Of a DNA stretch of 64,000 bases, positions 46,901-59,690 are shown in pieces. Under the pieces are notes generated by a model. It ran no database searches, was not told the DNA's origin, and worked only from the letters and a program-made list of their open reading frames with translations. Source of the stretch: Macrostomum lignano (taxonomy: Eukaryota); NCBI GenBank assembly GCA_002269645.1, contig NIVC01000952.1:214967-278966 (forward strand), in the 5' to 3' direction. Position 1 is the stretch's first letter. Each line of letters begins with the position of its first letter. Made by a program: the position numbers and the translations under genes.

Positions 46901-49259
46901 CCCAAGACTTAGAAAAGCCAAAGCCCAAAACCCCAACACACATGTAGGATCATGCTAAAAGGTGCGGGGGGCTCCAGACCCCCCCATGCCCCCAGGGTTA
47001 CGACACCCCTGCGCATAACGATTTTAAGGCATGTTGTGAACAACGAGTAAACAGTGCTCAATAGTTTATATGATGTATACTCACTCATTTGACAAGTGAG
47101 CACCGTGTACATCGCACGCTGTAAACGATATCAATAGCTATCAATGTCTGGAATTTGGGCCAAACGTTTTTGTAGTTTCACTCGCCATAATTAGCTGGCA
47201 CCATGAAAAAAGGTCGGCATTGAAGTGGCTGCCGCTGCACACCATCTGCAGCTTGTTAGACAAGCTCTGAGCACAGGGCAGGGCGGGACAGTCGCGGCTC
47301 CCCTGCGCTCTGATTCTCACCCTCCGACTGCCGCCTCCAGCTCCGCCCTGGAGTGTTTTAAAGTGTTAATGGAAGCCCCCGACAGTGCTAGGAGAGGCAG
47401 ATTGCTGCAGCACAGCCTGTCATGGGCGCTGGAACACAAGCGGTCTGGAGTGGCAGCACCGGAGCCCCAGCTGCTGTTAACAACGACTCGCTCAGGGCGG
47501 AGTGACACTCTGGCGAGTCTCTGAGAGAGGCCGGGCAAGTGGCGGGAGCGGCAGAGCCCCTATACCACTCGAGAGAAGCCTCAGACCCGAGCCTGACAGC
47601 TCAATTCAATGCTTATAAGTCCTGCTCAGCCTCACAGGTTAATTGAAGCGCGCAGTCCAATTGCTTTGTTAAAGCATGATATAGCGAAATACAAACAAGC
47701 TGATGGTTTTACAGCAAGGTTACAATATTGTCAGTGTCTAATGCCTGTGACCTCCGCTTACCTACCTACCTGTATGTCAGCTCTCCAGCTTCCAGTTGGG
47801 TGATTCTGGGTCAAATAAACCCATCAGATCAAATCTCGTAAATCGTGAACCGCTTTAAATCGACTATACCATAACCTGTCAAGCAGGTGCTACGCTTGTA
47901 GCCTTGGTTATAATGACCCTAACTGTACTTTACACCTTTTTGTCTGCATCATCAAAGCCGTGACTACATGCAAAACACCTGACTCCCTGTCTGCATCATC
48001 AAAGCCGTGACTACATGCAAAACACCTGACTCACTGTCTGCATCATCAAAGCCGTGACTACATGCAAAACACCTGACTCACTGTCTGCATCATCAAAGCC
48101 GTGACTTCATGCAAAACACCTGACTCACTGTCTGCATCATCAAAGCCGTGACTACATGCAAAACACCTGACTCACTGTCTGCATCATCAAAGCCGTGACT
48201 ACATGCAAAACACCTGACTCACTGTCTGCATCATCAAAGCCGTGACTACATGCAAAACACCTGACTCACTGTCTGCATCATCAAAGCCGTGACTTCATGC
48301 AAAACACCTGACTCACTGTCTGCATCATCAAAGCCGTGACTACATGCAAAACACCTGACTCACTGTCTGCATCATCAAAGCCGTGACTTCATGCAAAACA
48401 CCTGACTCACTGTCTGCATCATCAAAGCCGTGACTTCATGCAAAATACCTGACTCACTGTCTGCATCATCAAAGCCGTGACTTCATGCAAAACACCTGAC
48501 TCACTGTCTGCATCATCAAAGCCGTGACTACATGCAAAACACCTGACTCACTGTCTGCATCATCAAAGCCGTGACTACATGCAAAACACCTGACTCACTG
48601 TCTGCATCATCAAAGCCGTGACTACATGCAAAACACCTGACTCACTGTCTGCATCATCAAAGCCGTGACTACATGCAAAATACCTGACTCACTGTCTTCA
48701 GCCGCAATGCCGAGTGTGAAGGCTGCATCCCCGCCACCGCCGCCGCCGCCGCAGTTCCAGGTGCGGCCGCTGAACTGGCGGGCGCATTCTCGAATGCCAA
48801 GTCGAAGACCGTCGGTCACCGCCGGCATCAGAGTCAGGTGGCGCCGGCAGAGGCGGGTCTGGCTGCCGGAGAGGCCGGCGACGTTGGCGCACAAATCAGC
48901 GACCGGGGCGGCTTCGCCGAGAGCGGCAGCCCGCCATGAGAGGTGGCCCAGATTCCTGCGAAATCGGGTTCCAGATGATGACGGAAATTTGCGATTGCAG
49001 TACGTGTACCTAGGTGACTTTTATACATGTATGAGCTGCCTTGCAGGTGAGTGTACTATCTTACAGACAGTTCACGGCTTTACAGGTAGCTTTGCCGTTC
49101 AGCAGCTGATCCCCTCCCTAGCCTCAGAGTGACTCCCCATCAGACTGGTGATCCAGCCACTCACCACCAGGAGCCGGCAGCCAGGGCGCAACCGGACCAC
49201 AAGAGGCAGCTTAGGCAGCTGAGCAGTAGGCCGATAAGTGGCAATCTGAGGGTCTGCAT
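31886..49259 (-). CDS. wnt5: Wnt5; exons ~49165-49259, ~48693-48955, ~33298-33670, 31886-~32420
   Basis: Signal peptide ending AGSWW; [15 protein letters not shown]...[13 protein letters not shown]; REAAF; [23 protein letters not shown]...FVDARE...[15 protein letters not shown] ([14 protein letters not shown] is Wnt5-typical); [18 protein letters not shown]; terminal Cys cluster. Confidence 0.9.
32460..33290. repeat. 16-bp minisatellite (AGGACACCAGTCTGTC/G) filling a Wnt5 intron
   Basis: Direct reading. Confidence 0.96.
33970..34250 (+). mobile_element. tRNA-derived SINE, copy 2
   Basis: TAGCCCAGTGG A box, GCTCGATTCC B-box-like sequence, shared body. Confidence 0.72.
34566..36541 (-). CDS. 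Orphan secreted/GPI-like surface protein, copy 1 (intronless; 1-bp frameshift near 34981)
   Basis: Signal peptide [20 protein letters not shown], long ORF, RSKR furin-like site, Cys-containing C-terminal region and hydrophobic tail. Paralogous to 41152-43415. Confidence 0.7.
37045..37739 (-). mobile_element. Crypton-like tyrosine recombinase C-terminal remnant
   Basis: [30 protein letters not shown] (HxxR motif), then after a frameshift EATVRRY (candidate catalytic Tyr) and a C-terminal FENCSFTF-like tail. Confidence 0.6.
37764..37848. repeat. 9-bp tandem repeat (TTTTAGGTG)n
   Basis: Direct reading; lies at the Crypton/Gypsy junction. Confidence 0.9.
37900..40020 (+). mobile_element. Ty3/Gypsy LTR retrotransposon internal fragment (gag zinc knuckle, protease, RT, RNase H; truncated before integrase)
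   Basis: [69 protein letters not shown]. Interrupted by stops and frameshifts; no LTRs recognised. Confidence 0.9.
41152..43415 (-). CDS. Orphan secreted/GPI-like surface protein, copy 2 (intronless; one frameshift near 42150-42300)
   Basis: Signal peptide [20 protein letters not shown], two blocks near-identical to copy 1, Thr-rich linker [13 protein letters not shown] and hydrophobic C-terminal tail. Confidence 0.7.
47941..48695. repeat. 47-bp minisatellite, ~16 copies, beginning at a Wnt5 splice donor
   Basis: Unit CTGTCTGCATCATCAAAGCCGTGACTACATGCAAAACACCTGACTCA. Confidence 0.96.
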
Positions 49260-49599
49260 TTTGCCGCTGATCCACTTGCTTCAAAATGCGGCAAGGAGAA
49301 TACCCATAAAGCGCCGGACGGCTCTGATGCGAGTGGAATACTCGCTTGATAGCATTGGGTTTTGAATGCCCCTCAGCCATTCGATGGCATCTAGCACGAC
49401 CAATGGAGATTGGGCTGACCGGGCGGTGCAATGCGAACAATGCCATTCAAGTACGGAGCGAAACCACAAGGTTTGCGGCATTCTGTTTCAATATGTTTGT
49501 CTTCAAGGCAATTTTTCAGGCCTTAAGGCAAATTTCTGGTATCTTCTAGCACAGGTGTGCATTGGGTTTAGGACATTGAAACAATTGTGGCCTATTTAC

Positions 49600-52355
49600 C
49601 CTGAGACATGCAGGTGATTTACCCTGAGACTTGCAGATGATTTACCCTGAGACATGCAGATGATTTACCCTGAGACATGCAGATGATTCACCCTGAGACA
49701 TGCAGGTGATTCACCCTGAGACATGCAGGTGATTCACCCTGAGACATGCAGGTGATTCACCCTGAGACATGCAGGTGATTCACCCTGAGACATGCAGGTG
49801 ATTTACCCTGAGACATGCAGGTGATTTACCCTGAGACATGCAGGTGATTCACCCTGAGACATGCAGGTGATTTACCCTGAGACATGCAGGTGATTTACCC
49901 TGAGACATGCGGGTGATTTACCCTGAGACATGCAGGTGATTCACCCTGAGACATGCAGGTGATTCACCCTGAGACATGCAGGTGATTTACCCTGAGACAT
50001 GCGGGTGATTTACCCTGAGACATGCAGGTGATTCACCCTGAGACATGCAGATGATTCACCCTGAGACATGCAGATGATTTACCGAGACATGCAGGTGATT
50101 TACCCTGAGACATGCGGGTGATTTACCCTGAGACATGCAGGTGATTCACCCTGAGACATGCAGGTGATTTACCCTGAGACATGCAGGTGATTTACCCTGA
50201 GACATGCAGGTGATTTAACCTGAGACATGCAGATGATTTAACCTGAGACATGCAGGTGATTTACCCTGAGACATGCAGGTGATTTACCCTGAGACATGCA
50301 GATGATTTACCGAGACATGCAGGTGATTTACCCTGAGACATGCGGGTGATTTACCCTGAGACATGCAGGTGATTCACCCTGAGACATGCAGATGATTTAA
50401 CCTGAGACATGCAGGTGATTTACCCTGAGACATGCAGATGATTTACCCTGAGACATGCAGGTGATTTAACCTGAGACATGCAGATGATTTAACCTGAGAC
50501 ATGCAGGTGATTTAACCTGAGACATGCAGATGATTTAACCTGAGACATGATTTACCCTGAGACATGCAGATGATTTACCCTGAGACATGCAGGTGATTTA
50601 ACCTGAGACATGATTTACCCTGAGACATGCAGATGATTTAACCTGAGACATGATTTACCCTGAGACATGCAGATGATTTACCCTGAGACATGCAGGTGAT
50701 TCACCCTGAGACATGCAGGTGATTTACCCTGAGACATGCGGGTGATTTACCCTGAGACATGCAGATGATTTACCCTGAGACATGCAGGTGATTCACCCTG
50801 AGACATGCAGGTGATTTACCCTGAGACATGCAGATGATTTACCCTGAGACATGCAGATGATTTACCCTGAGACATGCAGGTGATTTACCCTGAGACATGC
50901 AGGTGATTTACCCTGAGACATGCAGGTGATTTACCCTGAGACATGCAGATGATTTACCGAGACATGCAGATGATTTACCCTGAGACATGCAGGTGATTTA
51001 CCCTGAGACATGCAGGTGATTTACCCTGAGACATGCAGGTGATTTACCGAGACATGCAGGTGATTTACCCTGAGACATGCAGGTGATTTACCGAGACATG
51101 CAGGTGATTTACCGAGACATGCAGGTGATTTACCGAGACATGCAGATGATTTACCGAGACATGCAGGTGATTTACCGAGACATGCAGGTGATTTACCGAG
51201 ACATGCAGGTGATTTACCGAGACATGCAGGTGATTTACCCTGAGACATGCAGGTGATTTACCCTGAGACATGCAGATGATTTACCGAGACATGCAGGTGA
51301 TTTACCCTGAGACATGCAGGTGATTTACCGAGACATGCAGGTGATTTACCGAGACATGCAGGTGATTTACCGAGACATGCAGGTGATTTACCGAGACATG
51401 CAGGTGATTTACCCTGAGACATGCAGGTGATTTACCCTGAGACATGCAGGTGATTTACCCTGAGACATGCGGGTGATTTACCCTGAGACATGCAGGTGAT
51501 TTACCCTGAGACATGCAGGTGATTTACCGAGACATGCAGGTGATTTACCGAGACATGCAGGTGATTTACCCTGAGACATGCAGGTGATTTACCGAGACAT
51601 GCAGGTGATTTACCCTGAGACATGCAGGTGATTTACCGAGACATGCAGGTGATTTACCGAGACATGCAGGTGATTTACCGAGACATGCAGATGATTTACC
51701 GAGACATGCAGGTGATTTACCGAGACATGCAGGTGATTTACCGAGACATGCAGGTGATTTACCGAGACATGCAGGTGATTTACCCTGAGACATGCAGGTG
51801 ATTTACCCTGAGACATGCAGATGATTTACCGAGACATGCAGGTGATTTACCCTGAGACATGCAGGTGATTTACCGAGACATGCAGGTGATTTACCGAGAC
51901 ATGCAGGTGATTTACCGAGACATGCAGATGATTTACCGAGACATGCAGGTGATTTACCGAGACATGCAGGTGATTTACCGAGACATGCAGGTGATTTACC
52001 CTGAGACATGCAGGTGATTTACCCTGAGACATGCAGGTGATTTACCCTGAGACATGCGGGTGATTTACCCTGAGACATGCAGGTGATTTACCCTGAGACA
52101 TGCAGGTGATTTACCCTGAGACATGCAGGTGATTTACCCTGAGACATGCGGGTGATTTACCCTGAGACATGCAGGTGATTTACCGAGACATGCAGGTGAT
52201 TTACCGAGACATGCAGGTGATTTACCCTGAGACATGCAGGTGATTTACCCGGAGACATGCAGGTGATTTAACCTGAGACATGCAGGTGATTTACCCTGAG
52301 ACATGCAGGTGATTTACCCTGAGACATGCAGGTGATTCACCCTGAGACTTGCAGA
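49600..52355. repeat. 21/23-bp minisatellite (CC(CT)GAGACATGCAGGTGATTTA), ~2.7 kb
   Basis: Direct reading. Confidence 0.97.
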
Positions 52356-53781
52356 TGATTTCAATGTTTCTGAGAACACGAAATACATTGTAAGCTATTT
52401 TAATTGTAAGGTAAAGCGCACAAAGAGGAAATGAAATTCAGTTTGCCCATTTTTATTGTTAGAAATAAGCAACGGAGAATGAAGGATATCGCTGAGATCA
52501 ATATTTGCTGCAAAAATAGACGAAACGAGGCTGAAAGTCATCATCCTTCCGGCATCTTCGCTCACTGCGGTCTGCTCTTTTATTTTCAAGTTCTTGGAAA
52601 AATCTAATTTTGAAATGGCGCCAGACTGCCAAAGTTTGTTAAATAGAGACAAACAAATCAACGTGTTGGTGAAGTGGGTTAAAAAATAATTATTTAAGAG
52701 CAGCCAGTTACCTCATAGTTAGCAACTGGTGGCGTGCAAAACCTGCACAGAATCGGAAATCAAACAGGTAAAAAATTATTGGATTTTTACGAGACGCTTT
52801 GCAGTCTTTCATCCTCATGGGTTTCCCCGCGGTTAAAAAGCGACATAAAAGCAGAGAGTTGAATTCGGATGCGGTGCAGTCAGGGGGCGCAGTGTTGAAG
52901 CTCCGTGGCGCATTGATCTATTATAATGGCGCACTTCGCATACTACTTACAGTTTTATGTGTAAGTAGTCTATTCAGGAAATACATGTAGTATTCACCAA
53001 CGAAACTCGTAACAGTTGGCTTTAGAACGCTTTAGAAAAACAGCAACAAAATGATTGGGCGACAGTCTTGACACAGAAAACAAAGTTTTTTTTGTACTTT
53101 TAGAATCTTTTTTGTCGCAGTGGAACAGCAAAAGCACCAGAAAATAACTGACACAAACGGAGCAGTGGCAAAGCATCCCCAGGTGCTGGCAGGGTTCGAC
53201 ATCAACACGAATTTCATAACTAAAAACATTGAACACAGAGAGAAACTCGCTTTCAAATTCATGGTCATGGTCAAAGCATGCCGACACAGATTCGCTGTTA
53301 TGCTACTGTTAGTAGTGTGGGCTCTCGGGCAAGCATTATGTCTAAACTTTCGAACTACCAAAAATATCAATAACCAGTAGACCGGTCAACCACAGCACTA
53401 GCAAAAATCTAACGACATGTGTCGAAAATAACGTATCCTGTATATAGTGAATTGAATAACGACCACAACAGCATGTGATGCAACAGCTACATGTGCCGGT
53501 CAATTGAAGAAAATGGCGCCTGTAAATGTGAAAAATACCGGGGGGGGGGGAAGCGGCATCTCATTGGTAAGAAGAGCGCACGATATGATATTGAAGGCTG
53601 AGTAACATGTGCATGGATGCCGTAGTGAGAGAACAGATAGGATTTGCTGGCATGGCGGCTCGCCCCGCTACCGACTACTTCAAGTAGCCAGCTATGGGAA
53701 AATTATTTTGAAATTTAATGCAGAATGAAAAATATTACAGAATGACGCCACCAGCTCTGCTGGTTCCCGCGGGCAGCAGCC

Positions 53782-56700
53782 TCACGGCGCTTCCTCCATC
53801 GCCGACGGCCCGTCCGCCTCGCCGCCCTCCTGAATGTCCGGCAGGCAGTTGGACAGCTCGTGCCGGCAGGTCATCAGGTGCAGCTGGGTGGTGATGTTGC
53901 GCAGCGAAGGATCGCCAGCTGCCTCGCTGCCGCTGTTCGCAGCCTCCCGACCGGCCACGCTAACGCCGGTGGCAGCTCCGTCGCTGCAGCTCTCCAGCAC
54001 GGCGTCCGTCAGCGACTCGATGAGCAGCGTTTCGATTGGCTGGCTGGGGTCCAGCAGGCGGTCCTGTGGGACCAGCTGGTGCAGCACGTCTGCCACCTGC
54101 CAGGGTGGGGCGGTCGGGGTGGATGACAGCAGGCTTACAGCATTAATATGACAGGGTTACAGCTTAAATATGACAGGCTGACAGCTTAAATGTGACAGGC
54201 TGACAGCTTAAATGTGACAGGCTGACAGCTTAAATGTGACAGGCTGACAGTTTAAATGTGACAGGCTGACAGCTTAAATATGACAGGCTGACAGCTTAAA
54301 TGTGACAGGCTGACAGCTTAAATGTGACAGGCTTACAGCTTTGAAGTGACAGGCTGACAGCTTAAATGTGACAGGCTGACAGCTTAAATGTGACAGGCTG
54401 ACAGCTTAAATGTGACAGGCTTACAGCTTTAATGTGACAGGCTTACAGCTTTGAAGTGACGGGCTGACAGCTTAAATGTGACAGGCTGACAGCTTAAATG
54501 TGACAGGCTGACAGCTTAAATGTGACAGGCTCACGGATCTAAAGCGACAAGCGAGGCTGAAACAAAAAGATTCAAGACGAACCTGCAGCTCTTGCGGCGG
54601 CATCGGCTGCGGCTGCTGCAGTTCCATAGGCACCGCAGCGGGCATCAAGGACGGCGACGCGGCATCCGAGGACATCGACGAAGACATCTGGCCGGTGCCG
54701 CTCCCGCTAGCCTGTCGGCAGTTTCCTCTGCCTGTTGCAGCGGCGGCGGCGGCGGCTGCAGCAACGGCGGCGTGCCGCTTCTTGAGCATCTCGGGGCTCT
54801 TGGTGACGTCGGCTGTGGCGGCGCGGCGCCGGTAGCTCGCCCGGTCGCGCACGCCGTAGTCGATGGTCCAGTAAGACGACTTGCCCGTCTGCTCGTTTTG
54901 CACGCGAACGAACTTGCTGTGCAGGGAGAGGTTGTGGCGCACCGAGTTCTGCAACCGGGGTCAGACGGGGACAAAGGTCAGCGAGCGCGGAATTTGAATC
55001 TCATTCTTGAGATCGCATGAGACTGTAGAATCTGATGCTTGAGATCGCATGAGACTGTAGAATCTGATGCTTGAGATCGCATGAGACTGTAGAATCTGAT
55101 GCTTGAGATCGCATGAGACTGCAGAATCTGATTCTTGAGATCGCATGAGACTGTAGAATCTGATGCTTGAGATCGCATGAGACTGTAGAATCTGATGCTT
55201 GAGATCGCATGAGACTGCAGAATCTGATTCTTGAGATCGCATGAGGCTCTGAAATGTTAATTCTGAGCATTACTATGAGATTTTTTAAATCTCATTTTGG
55301 AGATTCTAATATCTAATCCATGAGATATACGTGAGATTCTAATATCTAATCCCTGAGACATACACGAGATTCTAATATCTAATCCCTGAGACATACACGA
55401 GATTCTAATATTTAATCCCTGGTTTATACACGAGATTCTAATATCTAATCCCCGAGATATACACGAGATTCTAATATCTAATCCCCGAGATATACACGAG
55501 ATTCTAATATCTAATCCCTGAGATATACATGAGATTATAATATCTAATCCCTGAGATATACACGAGATTCTAATATCTAATCCCTGAGATATACATGAGA
55601 TTCTAATATCTAATCCCTGAGATATACATGAGATTATAATATTTAATCCCTGAGATATACACGAGATTCTAATATCTACACACGGCAAGTGCATTAACTC
55701 TATTAGTACAGATTTATGGCACTCTGTTGCTGCAAGTCGCACTCTGAGCAAACAGCAGCAGCAGTAGCAGACCCACCTTCCACCCGGCGGAGCTGTTGGT
55801 GTCCCCCTTGTTGCCGAAGTAGCTAATATTCTTGATCATCCAGTCGTAGATCTCGGACAAGGTCAGGCGGCCATGCGGGCTGGACTCGATGGCCTGGGAG
55901 ATCAGGTCCGCGTAGCTCTGGTTGCCCCAGGCGTTGCGACGCTTCTGCGAAGCCGACGAAGCGTGCAGATGCTGCGGCTGGCCGTCAGAGGGGCGCGGGC
56001 TGAGCGAACTGCGGGCGCTGCCGCCGCTGTGATGGAATGGGCTGTGCCTGGCCGAGCTGCGGGGGAGGCGGGGGCGGAGCTGCAGCTCAGTTTAGTGGCA
56101 GGGCTAGCGGCTGACACAGCAATAAGCCGATCTGACACATTTATGACCTATCTGACACATATTTATGATGCAGCCTGACACATTCACGACCGATCTGACA
56201 CATTCATGACCGATCTGACACGCATTCATGATGCAGCCTGACACATTCACGACCGATCTGACACATTCATGACCGATCTGACACGCATTCATGATGCAGC
56301 CTGACACATTCACGACCGATCTGACACATTCATGACCGATCTGACACGCATTCATGATGCAGCCTGACACATTCACGACCGATCTGACACATTCATGACC
56401 GATCTGACACGCATTCATGATGCAGCCTGACACATTCACGACCGATCTGACACATTCACGACCGATCTGACACATTCATGATGCAGCCTGACACATTCAC
56501 GACCGATCTGACACATTCATGATGTAGCCTGACACATTTACGACCGATCTGACAGTAATGACCCAAGCTGACACAGAAATAACCCGATCTGACACAGTAA
56601 TGACCCGATCTGACATCATTCACGGCTAGAGATGATAATGACATCTGAGTCATAACAAAAGATAACATTGTATGACCAAAGCTGACGATAACTTAGTTAC

Positions 56701-57283
56701 TTTACGGGTTGGTTGACTTTATGACGGGATTTGACAGTCTGCATGACCCCAACTGACAGTTTTATGACCCCCTAGATAACAATCTTTACGACCTGAATTG
56801 ACAATGACCTGATCTCTCTTGTATGACCTGATTCAAATTATTACCAATATCAGAGGTGACAAAAATTAAAAAACCTGACTTGCTATTCCACGGATAAGAC
56901 ACGACATCTTCTTCAACAATTTTGCTGTCACGGCAGCCAAGACATTTCAACCAGAAAGCCTCTGCACCCAAATTTGATCTCGGAGGGACTCCGCCGTCCC
57001 GCTCTGCTCACCTCTCAGCGCTCGGCCCCAGCTCGGGCGTCCCGGACAGTCCGCTGGGAAACGGCGACTGCGGGCAGTGGACGGTGAGCGGGGCGACCGA
57101 GCCAAGCTGCTCAGCTGGCCTGTCCGAGCAGTGCCAGGTGGACGAGCGCGGCCGAAAGTCGACGCAAGACTCGGCGCTGAACTGCGTCTCGAGCTGGTGC
57201 GGCAGGCCCATCATGTCGTCCATGTCGTCGCTGTCCAGGCTGCCGGCGGCGAAGTCGGGGTCGGGCTTGCACAGGGAGTCCAT
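53782..57283 (-). CDS. foxO: FoxO forkhead transcription factor; exons 57012-57283, 55777-56056, ~54580-54948, 53782-~54100
   Basis: RPRSSTW (Akt site), RRNAWGNQSYADLISQAI...LTLSEIYDWM...SSAGWK|NSVRHNLSLHSKF...GKSSYW, RRRAAT. Splice phases are consistent for exons 1-3. Confidence 0.93.
54130..54530. repeat. 22-bp minisatellite (TGACAGGCTGACAGCTTAAATG) in FoxO intron
   Basis: Direct reading. Confidence 0.95.
55010..55680. repeat. Two adjacent minisatellites (32-bp unit ~55010-55245; 33-bp unit ~55300-55680) in FoxO intron
   Basis: Units GAGATCGCATGAGACTGTAGAATCTGATGCTT and GAGATTCTAATATCTAATCCCTGAGATATACAC. Confidence 0.93.
56128..56615. repeat. Higher-order minisatellite built from CTGACACATTCA(C/T)GA subunits in FoxO intron 1
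   Basis: Direct reading. Confidence 0.9.
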
Positions 57284-57724
57284 GGCGGTGCGGGAAGCGA
57301 GATGCGTGCAGGTGAACGGGACTCCGGCACTCACATGCAGCTCAGTGCTGGCTGGAACAGGAAAAAGTGCATCAGGGGCACACAATGCCCAACCTCAAAA
57401 GTTCACCCATCCAGTGCGACTTAGTTTTGTCCAGATTTGCGACTTACCTATGCACCACCACACTGAAGGACCGGGGAAGGGGGGGGGGGTAGCACGCCTT
57501 GCGTGCTTGTGCTTATTAAAAATTGAAGTACCTCATTTCTCTTCTTTTTTCCTGCCCTTACTTTCTTTACTGATTGATTTATCATTCACTTATTCACTTA
57601 TGCAGCATTGCAGACTGCAGTCTAAACTGCACTGTAGCCTGTACCCTGTAGGCTTTCACCTCTTTCCTCATGACTGCCCTTCTGGGTCCGCTTTGTTGGG
57701 CCCCTAAGCGAAGCGAGGAGTCCT

Positions 57725-58230
57725 GATGACAGCGGGCCAGAGGTGAGGAGAGAGGGTAAGGAATAGAGAAGAGAAATACGAGCATAGGATAAAGGAAAGG
57801 CGAAGGAATAAAGGAGAAGAGAGTTGATGAGAGGAGAGATAAATACGAGTGGAGAGGAGAAGGGAGATTAATGGAGAGGAGAGAGGAGGGAAGGAGAAGA
57901 GAATGAAGAGGAAAGAGGTGAGGAGAGAGGAGAGGATAGAGATGAGGAGAGAGAAGGAGAGAGGTGTGGAGAGGAGAGAGGAGAGGGCAAAGATGAGGGA
58001 GGAGAGGGCAGAGATAAGAGAGGAGTGGGCAGAGATGAAAGAGAGAACAGGAGAGGAGAGGGCAGAGATAACAGAAAAGATGAGAGGAGAAGGCAAAGAT
58101 GAGAGAGAAAAAGATGATACAGGAGAGGGCAGAGATGAGAGAGAAAAGATTAGAGATGAGAGGGCAGAGATGAAAGAGAAAAGATAAGAGATGAGAGTGC
58201 AGAGATGAGAGAAAAGATGAGAGACAAGAG
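57725..58230. repeat. GA-rich low-complexity tract
   Basis: Direct reading. Confidence 0.9.
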
Positions 58231-59162
58231 GGCACTCCAATTTTTGCTTACTTCTATCATAACTCATACCTTTACCCTCTACATTTAACTTTTAACATAT
58301 ATAAACAACATGTCAGTTTTAGTATATTAAGATAGGTTTGAAACTATTATCCATAATACAAAAATCAAATGTCTTGTGCTAGTAGTACTATTAGCTTTAG
58401 TAGGTAGTAATACCTGCTATAAAAGGAAGTGTTTTTTGTTTTACTAATCTAATTTCACTAATGAAATCTGTCTTCTCCGAGACTTGAAGCTAGGTCATAC
58501 CTTACCCCAATCACAGCCAATAAGAAATGAGGAAATATATATAGACCTATTCCTATCCAAGTAGCCATTTAGAGCTGTGGCCATCTTAGTATGTGGCCAT
58601 CTTGGTCATGCGCCATTTGCCAATATCCAATATATGCCTTAGACAAACAGATTTAAAGATTTATTTAGCATGGCATGTCATCTAACAAGATCAATGTTTG
58701 CCTTAAATCTTAATTGAACATGAATTTACTTAATTTTTCTAAACCTCTAATGTAACTGGGGAAATCCAAAAATCGGGGGCAAGTTTTATGAAAATTCGTT
58801 TTTTGGCAATTTGAAAGCAATAAAGCTATAAAATAAATTTATTCATGTTTTTAAAAAGTAAAAAAGTCTATTAAAGCACAAATTATTTTCGTATAGCTTT
58901 ATTTTTAATAAAATGATTTGTTAAAACGGTAAGTTTAATTACGACCTAAAATGAGTCTAATGAAAATGATTAAAAAGCTATAATAATGTATTTTATTAAC
59001 TTTAACTATCTTATAATGTTACACTTTATAATTCTACAACATATTTAACATTATTTTAAGGTTTTATTTGTTTATCACTTTCGTTACTCTTGACAACGTG
59101 TATTTTGTAGAGTTCGTTTGCAATAAATTGTATTCAACGTAAGTTTATTATTTAAACATACA

Positions 59163-59690
59163 AATTCCCGTAAGGATCGGAAAATTGCATTTTACTCAGC
59201 TTCTACTAAAGCGATTTGGAAAATTCTTTTTTTCCTGCATATACGCCGCGATGATACATGTTTTAGTGTAATTTCATTGTTCTTCGTCGCTTAATAAGCA
59301 TACAGTAAGCATCTGATTTGGAAGCCGGGTAACACATTGGAATTCCCATAAGGATTGGAAAATTGCATTTTACTCAGCTTCTACTGAAGCGATTTGGAAA
59401 ATTCTTTTTTTCCTGCATACACGCCGCGATGATACATGTCTTAGTGTAATTTCATTGTTCTTCGTCGCTTAATAAGCATACAGTAAGCATCTGATTTGGA
59501 AGCCGGGTAACACATTGGAATTCCCATAAGGATTGGAAAATTGCATTTTACTCAGCTTCTACTGAAGCGATTTGGAAAATTCTTTTTTTCCTGCATACAC
59601 GCCGCGATGATACATGTTTTAGTGTAATTTCATTGTTCTTCGTCGCTTAATGAGCATACAGTAAGCATCTGATTTGGATGCCGGGTTCAC
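59163..59690. repeat. 178-bp tandem repeat, ~3 copies
   Basis: AATTCCC(G/A)TAAGG... recurs at 59163, 59341 and 59519. Confidence 0.92.

Noticed and set aside
45470-46950. Possible hAT-like subterminal repeats (ATCCCGGGAT) and degenerate LINE pieces
   Set aside because: No paired TIR/TSD or convincing RT motifs could be fixed; left uncalled.
31886-57283. Wnt5-FoxO adjacency as a conserved cluster
   Set aside because: I know of no established conserved linkage, and it cannot be tested from one window.
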